Part shown: positions 36,579-43,765 of the stretch, one piece after another
Layout: each line of letters begins with the position of its first letter
How positions within the stretch are numbered: position 1 is the stretch's first letter
Virus record (IMG/VR): IMGVR_UViG_3300044726_000022
Coordinates: 1-59,647 of that record
DNA: 59,647 nucleotides
Origin: a virus
Reading direction: 5' to 3' (one strand)
Program-made: the position numbers and the translations under genes
The notes under the pieces: generated by a model
The model's input: only the letters and a program-made list of their open reading frames with translations
Database searches by the model: none
Told to the model about the DNA's origin: nothing

Positions 36579-37115
36579 TCACCGCTTCTTGGCGACCTTG
36601 CGCTTGACCTTGCGCTTGCGGGCAGGCTTCGGCCTGCTCTCGTCCTTCTCGTCGGCGGTGATGACGTTGGCGTCGTCGTCCTCGTCATCGCTGTCGTCGT
36701 ACTCGTACTCCTCGTCGTCGGCCTCGCCCGCTGCGGCGATGCTCTCGCTGACGGTCTGGCCCTCCTCATCGAACGCCTCATCGCCCGGCCGCAAGGGGTG
36801 CTGGTGGACGCTCTTCGAGAGCAGCCACATGTGATCGCCCCTGGCGCTCTGCATGCTGCCGACGTACTGCCCCTCGTCCCCGGTCGGGATCGTCGGATTG
36901 CGCGGCGAGCAGCAGTTCGGCGTGTCGTTCCATTCGCCGCCGGGCGGGTAGAACAGCGCTTCCGGCGTGCCGTAGGGCGGCAGCGCGCCCAGCTTGGTGT
37001 TGGGCGCTCCGATCTCGGGCGGCTGGCCGAGCAACACCGGCAAGTCGATGTTGATCTCGGGCGGCGGGCCATCCAGGGCAACCGGCGCTGGCGGCGTCTC
37101 GTTGATGTCGGTCAT
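36579..37115 (-). CDS. hypothetical protein (PYGT..PPGGE..CCS motif; poly-acidic then basic tail)
   Basis: 178 aa. LPPYGTPEALFYPPGGEWNDTPNCCS; then DDEEYEYDDSDDEDDD followed by KPARKRKVKRKVAKKR. Confidence 0.65.
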   Translation of the reverse strand: MTDINETPPAPVALDGPPPEINIDLPVLLGQPPEIGAPNTKLGALPPYGTPEALFYPPGGEWNDTPNCCSPRNPTIPTGDEGQYVGSMQSARGDHMWLLSKSVHQHPLRPGDEAFDEEGQTVSESIAAAGEADDEEYEYDDSDDEDDDANVITADEKDESRPKPARKRKVKRKVAKKR

Positions 37116-37144
37116 GGATAGGCCTCCAGATCGTCAGGGAAGGC

Positions 37145-37780
37145 TCAGGGCTGCGCCACCACGGCGTGGTGGTGGAAGTTGCCGGACGCCTTGACGCCGA
37201 CGTTGCAGCCCGCTGGCATGGTCGGGAACGGCACCGGAGCGATGGTGACGCCAGCGGCCGGTGGACCGCTCGACCCGACCCACCCGTTGGCGAGCGAGCA
37301 GCAGTCGGCGTATTGCATGCCAGCCTCGCCGCCAGGAGGCAGCAGAGCCTGCGTGCCGTAGGGCGCAAGACCGCCAGCGATCAGGCCAGGAAAGGGGCCG
37401 CCGGTCTGGGGCGCACCGACAAGCAGCGGAGCTGCCGGACCAGGGGTGGGGCCAGCCGGAATGAACGGCACCTCGTCCGCGACCCGCGCCGCGCCGCCGC
37501 TGGTGTACGGGTTGACGCCTTCCTTCGGGGCCGGGAGGCCGCCGTACATCGGCTCAGGCTCGGGGACCGGGTCGGCCGCCAGCGCCACCGAAGGCGAAGG
37601 CGGCTGCTTCTCGCCGCTGTAGCGCGCCCGGCGGTCGTTGATGTCCTGGGCAAGCTTCTCGGCCTCGCCTCGGGTGCGGAAGCCGCCACGGTCGACCATG
37701 TTGCGGTTCGACAGTATCGGCTGGCCGCCATCAAGCACGCGCCAGAGCTGGCCTTCCTGCGTCACGTCCACGGTCTTCAT
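37145..37780 (-). CDS. hypothetical protein, paralogous motif to 36579..37115
   Basis: 211 aa from ATG 37780 (GGAG 6 nt upstream). LAPYGTQALLPPGGEAGMQYADCCS; also MYGGLPAP. Confidence 0.65.
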   Translation of the reverse strand: MKTVDVTQEGQLWRVLDGGQPILSNRNMVDRGGFRTRGEAEKLAQDINDRRARYSGEKQPPSPSVALAADPVPEPEPMYGGLPAPKEGVNPYTSGGAARVADEVPFIPAGPTPGPAAPLLVGAPQTGGPFPGLIAGGLAPYGTQALLPPGGEAGMQYADCCSLANGWVGSSGPPAAGVTIAPVPFPTMPAGCNVGVKASGNFHHHAVVAQP

Positions 37781-37790
37781 GGTCATCTCC

Positions 37791-38216
37791 TCAGTTGATG
37801 TCGTTGCGGTCCTTGCGGCCAAGCGCACGCATCGCCGCCTCGCCGTCGAAGTCGTTCAGCCCCTGCGCGTGCGAGACGAAGTCTGCCGCCGCCATCTGGT
37901 TGGCGACGTTCTGGCCCATCTGGTTGGCGACGTTGGCCTGCTGCAGCATCCCCTCCGCGACGGCGTTCATGCCCGCGTTCTGCAGCGTGTACTGCCGCCC
38001 GCCGCCGCTGCACTGCGCGTAGCGCTGCCAGGGCCAGTACATGTCGTTGTAGGGGCTGCGCGGCCAGTAGCGGTCGACGTACACCGCATGCGTCACCGGC
38101 TTGCCGTCGACCTCGGCAACGCGCGCGATGATGCGATCCCACTGCTTGGCGCTCGGTGGGCCGTCCATGCCCTCGCGGAAGCCTTCGAACCACGCCTTGA
38201 ACTCTGCCGGTGTCAT
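37791..38216 (-). CDS. hypothetical protein
   Basis: 141 aa from ATG 38216 (GAGGAG upstream): MTPAEFKAWFEGFREGMDG... Repeat NVANQMGQNVANQM. Confidence 0.6.
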   Translation of the reverse strand: MTPAEFKAWFEGFREGMDGPPSAKQWDRIIARVAEVDGKPVTHAVYVDRYWPRSPYNDMYWPWQRYAQCSGGGRQYTLQNAGMNAVAEGMLQQANVANQMGQNVANQMAAADFVSHAQGLNDFDGEAAMRALGRKDRNDIN

Positions 38217-38226
38217 TGCGCTCTCC

Positions 38227-38448
38227 TCAGTTCTGGGACATCCGGTTGGCGGTCGCCGCCTGCACGATGCTCTTCTTCTCCAGCGCCGCCTGGATGCCCG
38301 GCAGCTCAACGATGTGGCTGAAGGGTCCATCGAGGCGCTCGCGGATCACCTCGACCCACCGACCGTCGATCTCAACCTCGACAACGGCACGCTCATTGGG
38401 CCACGTCCCATCGCGCCAGAGCTTGATGCCGGTGATGCCGCCCGTCAT
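38227..38448 (-). CDS. hypothetical protein
   Basis: 73 aa track ORF. Confidence 0.55.
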   Translation of the reverse strand: MTGGITGIKLWRDGTWPNERAVVEVEIDGRWVEVIRERLDGPFSHIVELPGIQAALEKKSIVQAATANRMSQN

Positions 38449-38654
38449 CGCGCATCCTCCCTCGCCAGGAACGCCTCAACGTCACGGTGCCAACCCAGAT
38501 CATGCTCCGCCGCACGAGCGAGCAGCAGCCGCATCTCAAGGTCAAGGACCAGCCCCTCAGTCGGATCGCCGTACCCCGGCCAAGCGCGCCCGGTGAGCAC
38601 GTCCCAGGCACCCTTGATGCGATGCCGCCAGTGCTCCCACCACGTTGCCTTCAT
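38445..38654 (-). CDS. hypothetical protein
   Basis: 69 aa track ORF; ATGA coupling. Confidence 0.55.
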   Translation of the reverse strand: MKATWWEHWRHRIKGAWDVLTGRAWPGYGDPTEGLVLDLEMRLLLARAAEHDLGWHRDVEAFLAREDAR

Positions 38655-38878
38655 CGCCCCTGCGCCTCCGCTTCCAGGCGCTCGATGAGCTTGCGCTGCC
38701 CGGCGAGCTGCGCCTCCGCAAAGCCGCGTAGCTGCCGGATGGCGTTCAGCTCGCTCTCGGCCTTGCTCATCGCCTCCTCAGCGGCGTTCTCGGCGCGGCG
38801 CAACGTCGCCATCACCTGCGAGAGCCCGGCAAGCACCTCGCGTGCCGCCTTCAGTGCGTCGAATGGTTGAGCCGTCAC
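38651..38878 (-). CDS. small coiled-coil protein
   Basis: 75 aa track ORF; ATGA coupling. Confidence 0.55.
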   Translation of the reverse strand: MTAQPFDALKAAREVLAGLSQVMATLRRAENAAEEAMSKAESELNAIRQLRGFAEAQLAGQRKLIERLEAEAQGR

Positions 38879-39042
38879 CGCATGCGCTCCACGCCCCAGC
38901 GGTCAGAGAATGGCGCATCGTAGGCCGCCCCCAGGCACTCCTGCATGATCGAGTAGCGGTCGTTGCGCTCCGACTTCCAGCGCCAGCACGCCACCACCTC
39001 ACCGCGCCGCAGCAGCACCACCCGGTACTCCGCCGGGATCAC
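38875..39042 (-). CDS. hypothetical small protein
   Basis: 55 aa from GTG 39042 (GTGA overlap with the HAD gene stop): VIPAEYRVVLLRRGEVVACWRW... Confidence 0.45.
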   Translation of the reverse strand: MIPAEYRVVLLRRGEVVACWRWKSERNDRYSIMQECLGAAYDAPFSDRWGVERMR

Positions 39043-39446
39043 TTCTTGTTCCACGGCTTGAACGCCTTCAACGCCTCGATGTCGGGCCACGTTCCGTCGA
39101 AGGTGAGCGCGCGGTCGTCGATGGTGAGGAACGCAGGCGGCTTCGTGATCGGCCACTGGATTTCAGCGAGCTTGTCGCGATCCACCGGCTCGATGCCGCT
39201 GCGCTGCCAGTGCTCGTGCATGTTCCCGGCGAGCCAGTTCTGCATCGCGCGGCGTCCGGCGTAGCCCTCCGAGCGCGTCGAGTAGATCGCCACCGTGAAG
39301 TGATCGAGCGCGTTCCAGATGAAGTCGAGCGCGCCATCGACTGGCGGATCGGCGATCACGTCCTCACCCTGCCAGCCGCTGCTGTACGAGTGCAGGACGC
39401 CGTCAAAGTCCAGGCACAGGATCGGCTTTTGCTTCGACTTGCTCAT
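39039..39446 (-). CDS. HAD-superfamily phosphatase (nucleotidase-like)
   Basis: 135 aa. N-terminal ...PILCLDFDGVLHSY carries the DxDGV nucleophile motif. ...TVAIYSTRS... and ...FLTIDDRALTFDG complete HAD motifs II-IV. Confidence 0.75.
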   Translation of the reverse strand: MSKSKQKPILCLDFDGVLHSYSSGWQGEDVIADPPVDGALDFIWNALDHFTVAIYSTRSEGYAGRRAMQNWLAGNMHEHWQRSGIEPVDRDKLAEIQWPITKPPAFLTIDDRALTFDGTWPDIEALKAFKPWNKK

Positions 39447-39675
39447 TGGTCCTCGTTCTGTGGAATGCCTCGTCCACGGCCTCGCCTACCATCTCGCGCA
39501 ACGCCTCCGACAGCAGCTCGCGCCCCAGTGACGCCTCCAGCCGGGCAACGCCCTCGCCATTGACGGAGCGCCCATTGCGCTTGGCCTCGCGCCGCAGGCT
39601 ATTGAGCGTGCGCCGCCGGATGCGGAGCTTGAACTGCACAAAGTCGGTCGGCTTCCTCTTCATCGCCGCGCTCAC
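39403..39675 (-). CDS. Arc/MetJ-type ribbon-helix-helix DNA-binding protein
   Basis: 90 aa. ...FVQFKLRIRRRTLNSLRREAKRNGRSVNGEGVARLEASL is the RHH (Arc) pattern. Its 3' end overlaps the HAD start by 44 nt. Confidence 0.65.
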   Translation of the reverse strand: MSAAMKRKPTDFVQFKLRIRRRTLNSLRREAKRNGRSVNGEGVARLEASLGRELLSEALREMVGEAVDEAFHRTRTNEQVEAKADPVPGL

Positions 39676-39899
39676 AACCAGCTCTCCACGATCTTCGGAT
39701 CGTCTTCCGGTGAGCGTGACAGCTTCACCAGCCCAAGCATCTCCAGACCTTCACGCAGCGCAGCGAGATCAGGGCTCGCCAGCACGTCCTTGGTGGCGCG
39801 CGGCCCCGTGGCGTCAACCACGAACCTGCGCGCGACGAACTTGTCCGGCATGTCGCTCGGATGGTCGTACACCGTCCAGATGTCGAGGCCGCCGCTCAC
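39672..39899 (-). CDS. hypothetical protein
   Basis: 75 aa from GTG 39899 (GTGA overlap): VSGGLDIWTVYDHPSDMPDKFVARRFVVD... Confidence 0.55.
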   Translation of the reverse strand: MSGGLDIWTVYDHPSDMPDKFVARRFVVDATGPRATKDVLASPDLAALREGLEMLGLVKLSRSPEDDPKIVESWL

Positions 39900-40081
39900 C
39901 GCCGTCGCCTCCGCTCGCGCTCGCACGTCGCCACGATCACCTTGTGCTCCAGGCCGCTCTCGCGCACCGTCTTCGCCATCCGCTCCAGCTTCGCGAGGCA
40001 CGCGCGCCGGTCGAGCGGATCGCTCTCCATCGTCGCCGTCATGCCGTGCGATGCAAGGTACACGATCAGGACCGCACGCAT
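39896..40081 (-). CDS. hypothetical small protein
   Basis: 61 aa from ATG 40081: MRAVLIVYLASHGMTATMESDPLDRRACLAKLERM... Confidence 0.45.
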   Translation of the reverse strand: MRAVLIVYLASHGMTATMESDPLDRRACLAKLERMAKTVRESGLEHKVIVATCERERRRRR

Positions 40082-40088
40082 CTCAACG

Positions 40089-40307
40089 TCAGTGCTCCGT
40101 CCGCTCGATGCCGAACACGACGCGCTTGTTCTCGCAGTCGACGCGCGCGATGCACACCACCGAGCCCGTCCCGACGCCAGCGTCAATCAGGCGGTTCGCA
40201 TCCGCTCGCGACATCGTCACGAACAGCTTCCCCTCTTTGCCGCCGAGCACGACCGTCGCCTCGCTCTCCCACGGCGGCAGCACCTCGACCTCGATCTCCA
40301 GCCTCAC
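40089..40307 (-). CDS. hypothetical protein
   Basis: 72 aa track ORF. Confidence 0.55.
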   Translation of the reverse strand: MRLEIEVEVLPPWESEATVVLGGKEGKLFVTMSRADANRLIDAGVGTGSVVCIARVDCENKRVVFGIERTEH

Positions 40308-40747
40308 GACGCCTCCAGGGCCCGCAGGTGCCGACCGCCGTCGACCACGAACCAGCGCGCCAGCACGATGGGCTCCGCGTCCCAGTCGTCGTCGCCGCCC
40401 CAGACCGTCATGGGCAGATCGGCAGCATGCGGCTCAAGCTTGCCCTCGATCTCCAGGGCAGTGCGCGGTCGCTCAATGTGCCTGATCGCCTCGACCGTGT
40501 TCATGTCGAGATGGTGCAGCTTGCGGTTCGGGCTGATGCCCTCATGGTGCGGATCGCCGATGCGATGCATCCCCTTGGGCGGGTCCAGCGCCAGCATGTG
40601 ACCGCTCTTGGTCGTCTTGGCGAAAGTCTTGATCAGATCCCGGCTCCAGACCATGGGCTCCGTCGGCCGCGCGCCACGCCCTCCAGGGGCCGTGTTCGCC
40701 GCCTGGATCTCAGCGCCTGTCAGCTTCTCCTCCCGGACCCGCGCCAT
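40304..40747 (-). CDS. hypothetical protein (weak ParB-like C-terminal motif)
   Basis: 147 aa from ATG 40747 (TGATG). Ends ...IVLARWFVVDGGRHLRALEAS, reminiscent of the DGxHR box. Weak. Confidence 0.5.
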   Translation of the reverse strand: MARVREEKLTGAEIQAANTAPGGRGARPTEPMVWSRDLIKTFAKTTKSGHMLALDPPKGMHRIGDPHHEGISPNRKLHHLDMNTVEAIRHIERPRTALEIEGKLEPHAADLPMTVWGGDDDWDAEPIVLARWFVVDGGRHLRALEAS

Positions 40748-40986
40748 CACCCGCGCTCCTTCGCCTTGTCGTAGGCTTCCTCCAGCGTCTTCGCTTCGCC
40801 GCTGTCGAGCAGCTCCGCCATCTTGTCGCGCCGCGCGTCGAACGACGCACCCGCCTTGAGCCGCCGGTAGTAGGTCCGCCGGGATACGCCAGCCTGCTCC
40901 CACGGTGCCTTCGGCTTCGCCACCGTCTCGGCCCAGGCATCGCTGGGCGAGCCGCAGAGCGGGCAATGGCGCTTGTTCTTGCTCAT
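40747..40986 (-). CDS. small Cys + HTH DNA-binding protein
   Basis: 79 aa. ...RHCPLCGS... then ...AGVSRRTYYRRLKAG (Hin/resolvase-like HTH). Confidence 0.6.
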   Translation of the reverse strand: MSKNKRHCPLCGSPSDAWAETVAKPKAPWEQAGVSRRTYYRRLKAGASFDARRDKMAELLDSGEAKTLEEAYDKAKERG

Positions 40987-41210
40987 CGGTCGACCTGGGC
41001 GAGCTTCACCTTGCCCTCACGCAGCGCCGCCAGCGCCGCCTCCTTGGAGCCGTAGCGGTCCTCCACCTCAAGGCACAGGTCGACAAGGTTCTCAGCATCG
41101 ATCCCACCCGCCATCCCGGCCGCGAGCTTCGCCACCTCCAGCAACAGCGCCTCCTCCGGGTCAAGCTCCCGTGGAGCGTCCTTCCCGGTCACCGTCAGCC
41201 ACTTGCTCAT
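40983..41210 (-). CDS. hypothetical protein
   Basis: 75 aa track ORF; ATGA coupling. Confidence 0.55.
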   Translation of the reverse strand: MSKWLTVTGKDAPRELDPEEALLLEVAKLAAGMAGGIDAENLVDLCLEVEDRYGSKEAALAALREGKVKLAQVDR

Positions 41211-41422
41211 CGTCGCGCCTTCGGCTTCACGTCAGCCGCCTTGGGGTGCTTGAGGTTAGACCAAGCGCGGCGGCCAGCGGTCTTCTGGGCCGGGGCGGGG
41301 CTGGGTGAAGAAGCCGCCGCCGCCGCGCGAGGACGGCAAAGATGACGTCGTCCCACGAGCGCGACCAGCGCGCCGCAGGCGGGGCAGCGCTCGTCATCGA
41401 CACTGCTGGTTCCCTTTGCCAT
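41207..41422 (-). CDS. small zinc-ribbon-like basic protein
   Basis: 71 aa from ATG 41422: MAKGTSSVDDERCPACGALVALVGRRHLC...; basic tail. Confidence 0.5.
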   Translation of the reverse strand: MAKGTSSVDDERCPACGALVALVGRRHLCRPRAAAAASSPSPAPAQKTAGRRAWSNLKHPKAADVKPKARR

Positions 41423-41552
41423 GGCACGCACCTTGGCACAGATGCGGTGCCACGTCCAGCGCCCTGGGGAGGCCGCTGACAGCCCTGGCCGGTCCCACGG
41501 CTGCGAAGCATGGGTGTCGACCCTTGAGCCACCAGCGGCCACCGCAAGGCAC

Positions 41553-41668
41553 CTGCCACGCTCCACCTGCGAGGGCCTTACCATGATGCTCCCCCTGCGA
41601 GGTGGAGTATCATGCTGCTCCCTCCGCGAGGGAGAGTATCATGTTGCTCCCCCTGCGAGGGAGAGCGT
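41553..41668. repeat. tandem 29-bp direct repeats (3 full + 1 partial), each a stem-loop
   Basis: CATGATGCTCCCCCTGCGAGGTGGAGTAT (41582-41610), CATGCTGCTCCCTCCGCGAGGGAGAGTAT (41611-41639), CATGTTGCTCCCCCTGCGAGGGAGAGCGT (41640-41668), plus partial ..CTCCACCTGCGAGGG.. (41561-41575). Abuts the terL stop (41670-41672). Confidence 0.9.
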
Positions 41669-41669
41669 G

Positions 41670-43190
41670 TCAGTCCCGGTCGCGCCGGGCCTTGGCCTCC
41701 CGCAGCTCGATGATGCGCCGCATGCTCATGTTGGCCTCGACCCGGCCGTTGACCCACTGGTACTGCAGCTCGGTCGGCTCGGGCACGTCCGGCTTCGGCA
41801 CGATGCCAGGGCTCACATGGTCGAGGAGCTGCCCGATCAGGCCCAGCGCATCCACCTGATCGTCATGCTTGGCCGCCGGGAAGCCGAGCAGCTCGCCCAG
41901 AAGATCAGCGTACCACGGCGCATGTGTCGGCACGTACAGGCCTTGCATGGCCATCTTGCCCCGGATCGACTGCGCCCGCACGGCCTTGTCGTGCTTGGTC
42001 GGGAACGCCCGCCGGAAGACGAACGCCTTGCGCTCGATCATCTGCCGGGTCAGGAACGGCCCGACGCCCGAGCGGATCTGCCCGCCCTCCTCGGCCCACT
42101 CGATGGGCTTCCAGGCCCGCACCAGATCGCAGAAGGCGCTCACCCAGGCATCCGAGCTGGCCTGCCTGCGCCATAGGTCGAGCAGCCACATACGGTTCTC
42201 AGGGTCGACGCCGACCACGACGTGAACCGTGTAGTCGCCGCCGTCGGCCGTCACCGCGTAGTCGCTGGCACCGTACACCTTCAGGGTCGACGTCGCCGGG
42301 AGCTGGCCTGGGCTGTAGGGCTTGAGCCACCCGGCCTGGAAGTAGTCGCCCTCTTCCGGCGTCGGCCGCTGCTGATAGAGCGCCGACCACAGGCGCGGAT
42401 CTCGCTGCGCCTCAACGAACATCTCGGGCGTGAACCACTCCGGCCACAGAGGAGCCCCCAGGGCGCGTCCGAGCGGATCGCCCTCCTCAGCCAGGGCTGG
42501 AAGCCTCAGCACCTCCCAGGCCCCCGGTGCGTCCGCCAGGGCCCGTCCTGCAAGGTCATCCTCATGCCAGCGGGTCTGGATCAGCACGATGCTGGCGTTG
42601 GGCTTCAGGCGGGTGACCAGATCGTAGCGGTACCAGTCCCAGGTGCGATCCCGGATCAGGGCGCTGTCGGCATCCTCCCGGCTGCGCACCGGATCGTCGA
42701 TCACCACCAGATCAGCGCGCCAGCCGGTGATAGCGCCACCGACACCAGCCGCGAAGTACTCGCCGCCCTGGTCAGTCTGCCACCGGCCTGCCGCGTAGCT
42801 GTCCCCCGACAGGCCGTACCCCAGCACGAGCTGGTGCTCGGTCACGAGGTTGCGGACCCGCCTGCCCCAGCGCTCTGCCAGCTCCTGCGTGTGCGAGGCC
42901 GCGATCACCGAGCCGCCCGGATGCTGCGCGAGCCACCATGCCACGAACAGGATCGAGGCGTAGGTGCTCTTGGCGCTGCCGGGCGGCATGAACACGGCCT
43001 GCCGGTGCACGTCACCCCTGGCCACCGCCTCCAGCCGCTGGATCAGCAGCCCGTGGTGCGCTGCGGGCTCGTAGCCGCACAGGCGGGCGAACCTAGTGAA
43101 GCTTCCCCTCGTCTCGATGCGCCGTGCCATCTCCTGCGCCCACGGCCTCTCGGCCTCGGATGGCGTTCCAGCGCTCCATGATCTCAGCAT
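41670..43190 (-). CDS. terL: terminase large subunit
   Basis: 506 aa. Walker A-like VFMPPGSAKST, Walker B-like ADLVVIDDP, C-terminal nuclease-like half. Directly after TerS. Start 43190 overlaps terS by ~98 nt; the alternative is ATG 43130. Confidence 0.9.
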   Translation of the reverse strand: MLRSWSAGTPSEAERPWAQEMARRIETRGSFTRFARLCGYEPAAHHGLLIQRLEAVARGDVHRQAVFMPPGSAKSTYASILFVAWWLAQHPGGSVIAASHTQELAERWGRRVRNLVTEHQLVLGYGLSGDSYAAGRWQTDQGGEYFAAGVGGAITGWRADLVVIDDPVRSREDADSALIRDRTWDWYRYDLVTRLKPNASIVLIQTRWHEDDLAGRALADAPGAWEVLRLPALAEEGDPLGRALGAPLWPEWFTPEMFVEAQRDPRLWSALYQQRPTPEEGDYFQAGWLKPYSPGQLPATSTLKVYGASDYAVTADGGDYTVHVVVGVDPENRMWLLDLWRRQASSDAWVSAFCDLVRAWKPIEWAEEGGQIRSGVGPFLTRQMIERKAFVFRRAFPTKHDKAVRAQSIRGKMAMQGLYVPTHAPWYADLLGELLGFPAAKHDDQVDALGLIGQLLDHVSPGIVPKPDVPEPTELQYQWVNGRVEANMSMRRIIELREAKARRDRD

Positions 43191-43563
43191 CGGTCATCCG
43201 CTTCGGGTCGGCGTCCCTGTTGGTGTTCTCGCGCTTCTCGATCCACAGGCCTGCGAGCTTGGCCATGGTGACCAGCGCCGTGTTGGCGACCGCGAGCTGC
43301 TTGACCTTGCGGTCCATGGCGTACTGCCGGATCTTCTCGGCATGGCCGATCAGGCCCTCGATGGTGACCTCGGTCTTGGCGGCCACCTTACCCTGCAGCT
43401 CGTCAATGCGAGCGCGGATGCCATCATTGTCCATAAGCCGGGCCGCATTGCTATGCGCTGTTGCCTCGGCGTACCCTGCTACCTTATAGGCCTTGATGGC
43501 GCTCACCCCCTTGGCGACCTCCTGGGCGAAGCGCTCGTGGCGCTGGTTCTTCAGGACAGGCAT
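43093..43563 (-). CDS. terS: terminase small subunit (P27/Terminase_2-like)
   Basis: MPVLKNQRHERFAQEVAKGVSAIKAYKVAGY...NAARLMDNDGIRARIDEL is the characteristic N-terminal HTH signature. Start ATG 43563 (TGATG coupling); the track start is 43575. Confidence 0.85.
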   Translation of the reverse strand: MPVLKNQRHERFAQEVAKGVSAIKAYKVAGYAEATAHSNAARLMDNDGIRARIDELQGKVAAKTEVTIEGLIGHAEKIRQYAMDRKVKQLAVANTALVTMAKLAGLWIEKRENTNRDADPKRMTDAEIMERWNAIRGREAVGAGDGTAHRDEGKLH

Positions 43564-43667
43564 CAGGAACTCCATGTGGCGGACAGGATCGCCAGGATGC
43601 AGATGGCGAAGATCACGACGGCGACGATGATGGCGCGCCGCATGGGGCCAGGGCGCGGAGCCACCAT
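43563..43667 (-). CDS. 34-aa single-pass membrane micro-protein
   Basis: MVAPRPGPMRRAIIVAVVIFAICILAILSATWSS; TGATG coupled to both neighbours. Confidence 0.45.
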   Translation of the reverse strand: MVAPRPGPMRRAIIVAVVIFAICILAILSATWSS

Positions 43668-43765
43668 CAGACGCTCCACACGATCCAGGCGATCAGCAGG
43701 ACCGCCACCGTGATGCTGCCGATGATGATCAGGACCATCGGGTCGATGCCGTGCCCCCTGATCAC
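43667..43765 (-). CDS. 32-aa single-pass membrane micro-protein
   Basis: VIRGHGIDPMVLIIIGSITVAVLLIAWIVWSV from GTG 43765 (GTGA overlap). Alternative start ATG 43738. Confidence 0.4.
   Translation of the reverse strand: MIRGHGIDPMVLIIIGSITVAVLLIAWIVWSV

Noticed and set aside
41553-41668. Possible mini CRISPR array (29-bp repeats with hairpin potential)
   Set aside because: The units are directly abutting with no spacers. There are only 3-4 copies, no cas genes and no leader-like AT-rich flank. It is a tandem repeat, not a CRISPR array.
43093-43190. The terS/terL 98-nt overlap as a programmed frameshift site
   Set aside because: No slippery heptamer was seen. An alternative terL start at 43130 would reduce the overlap to 38 nt. 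Start-site uncertainty is more likely than recoding.
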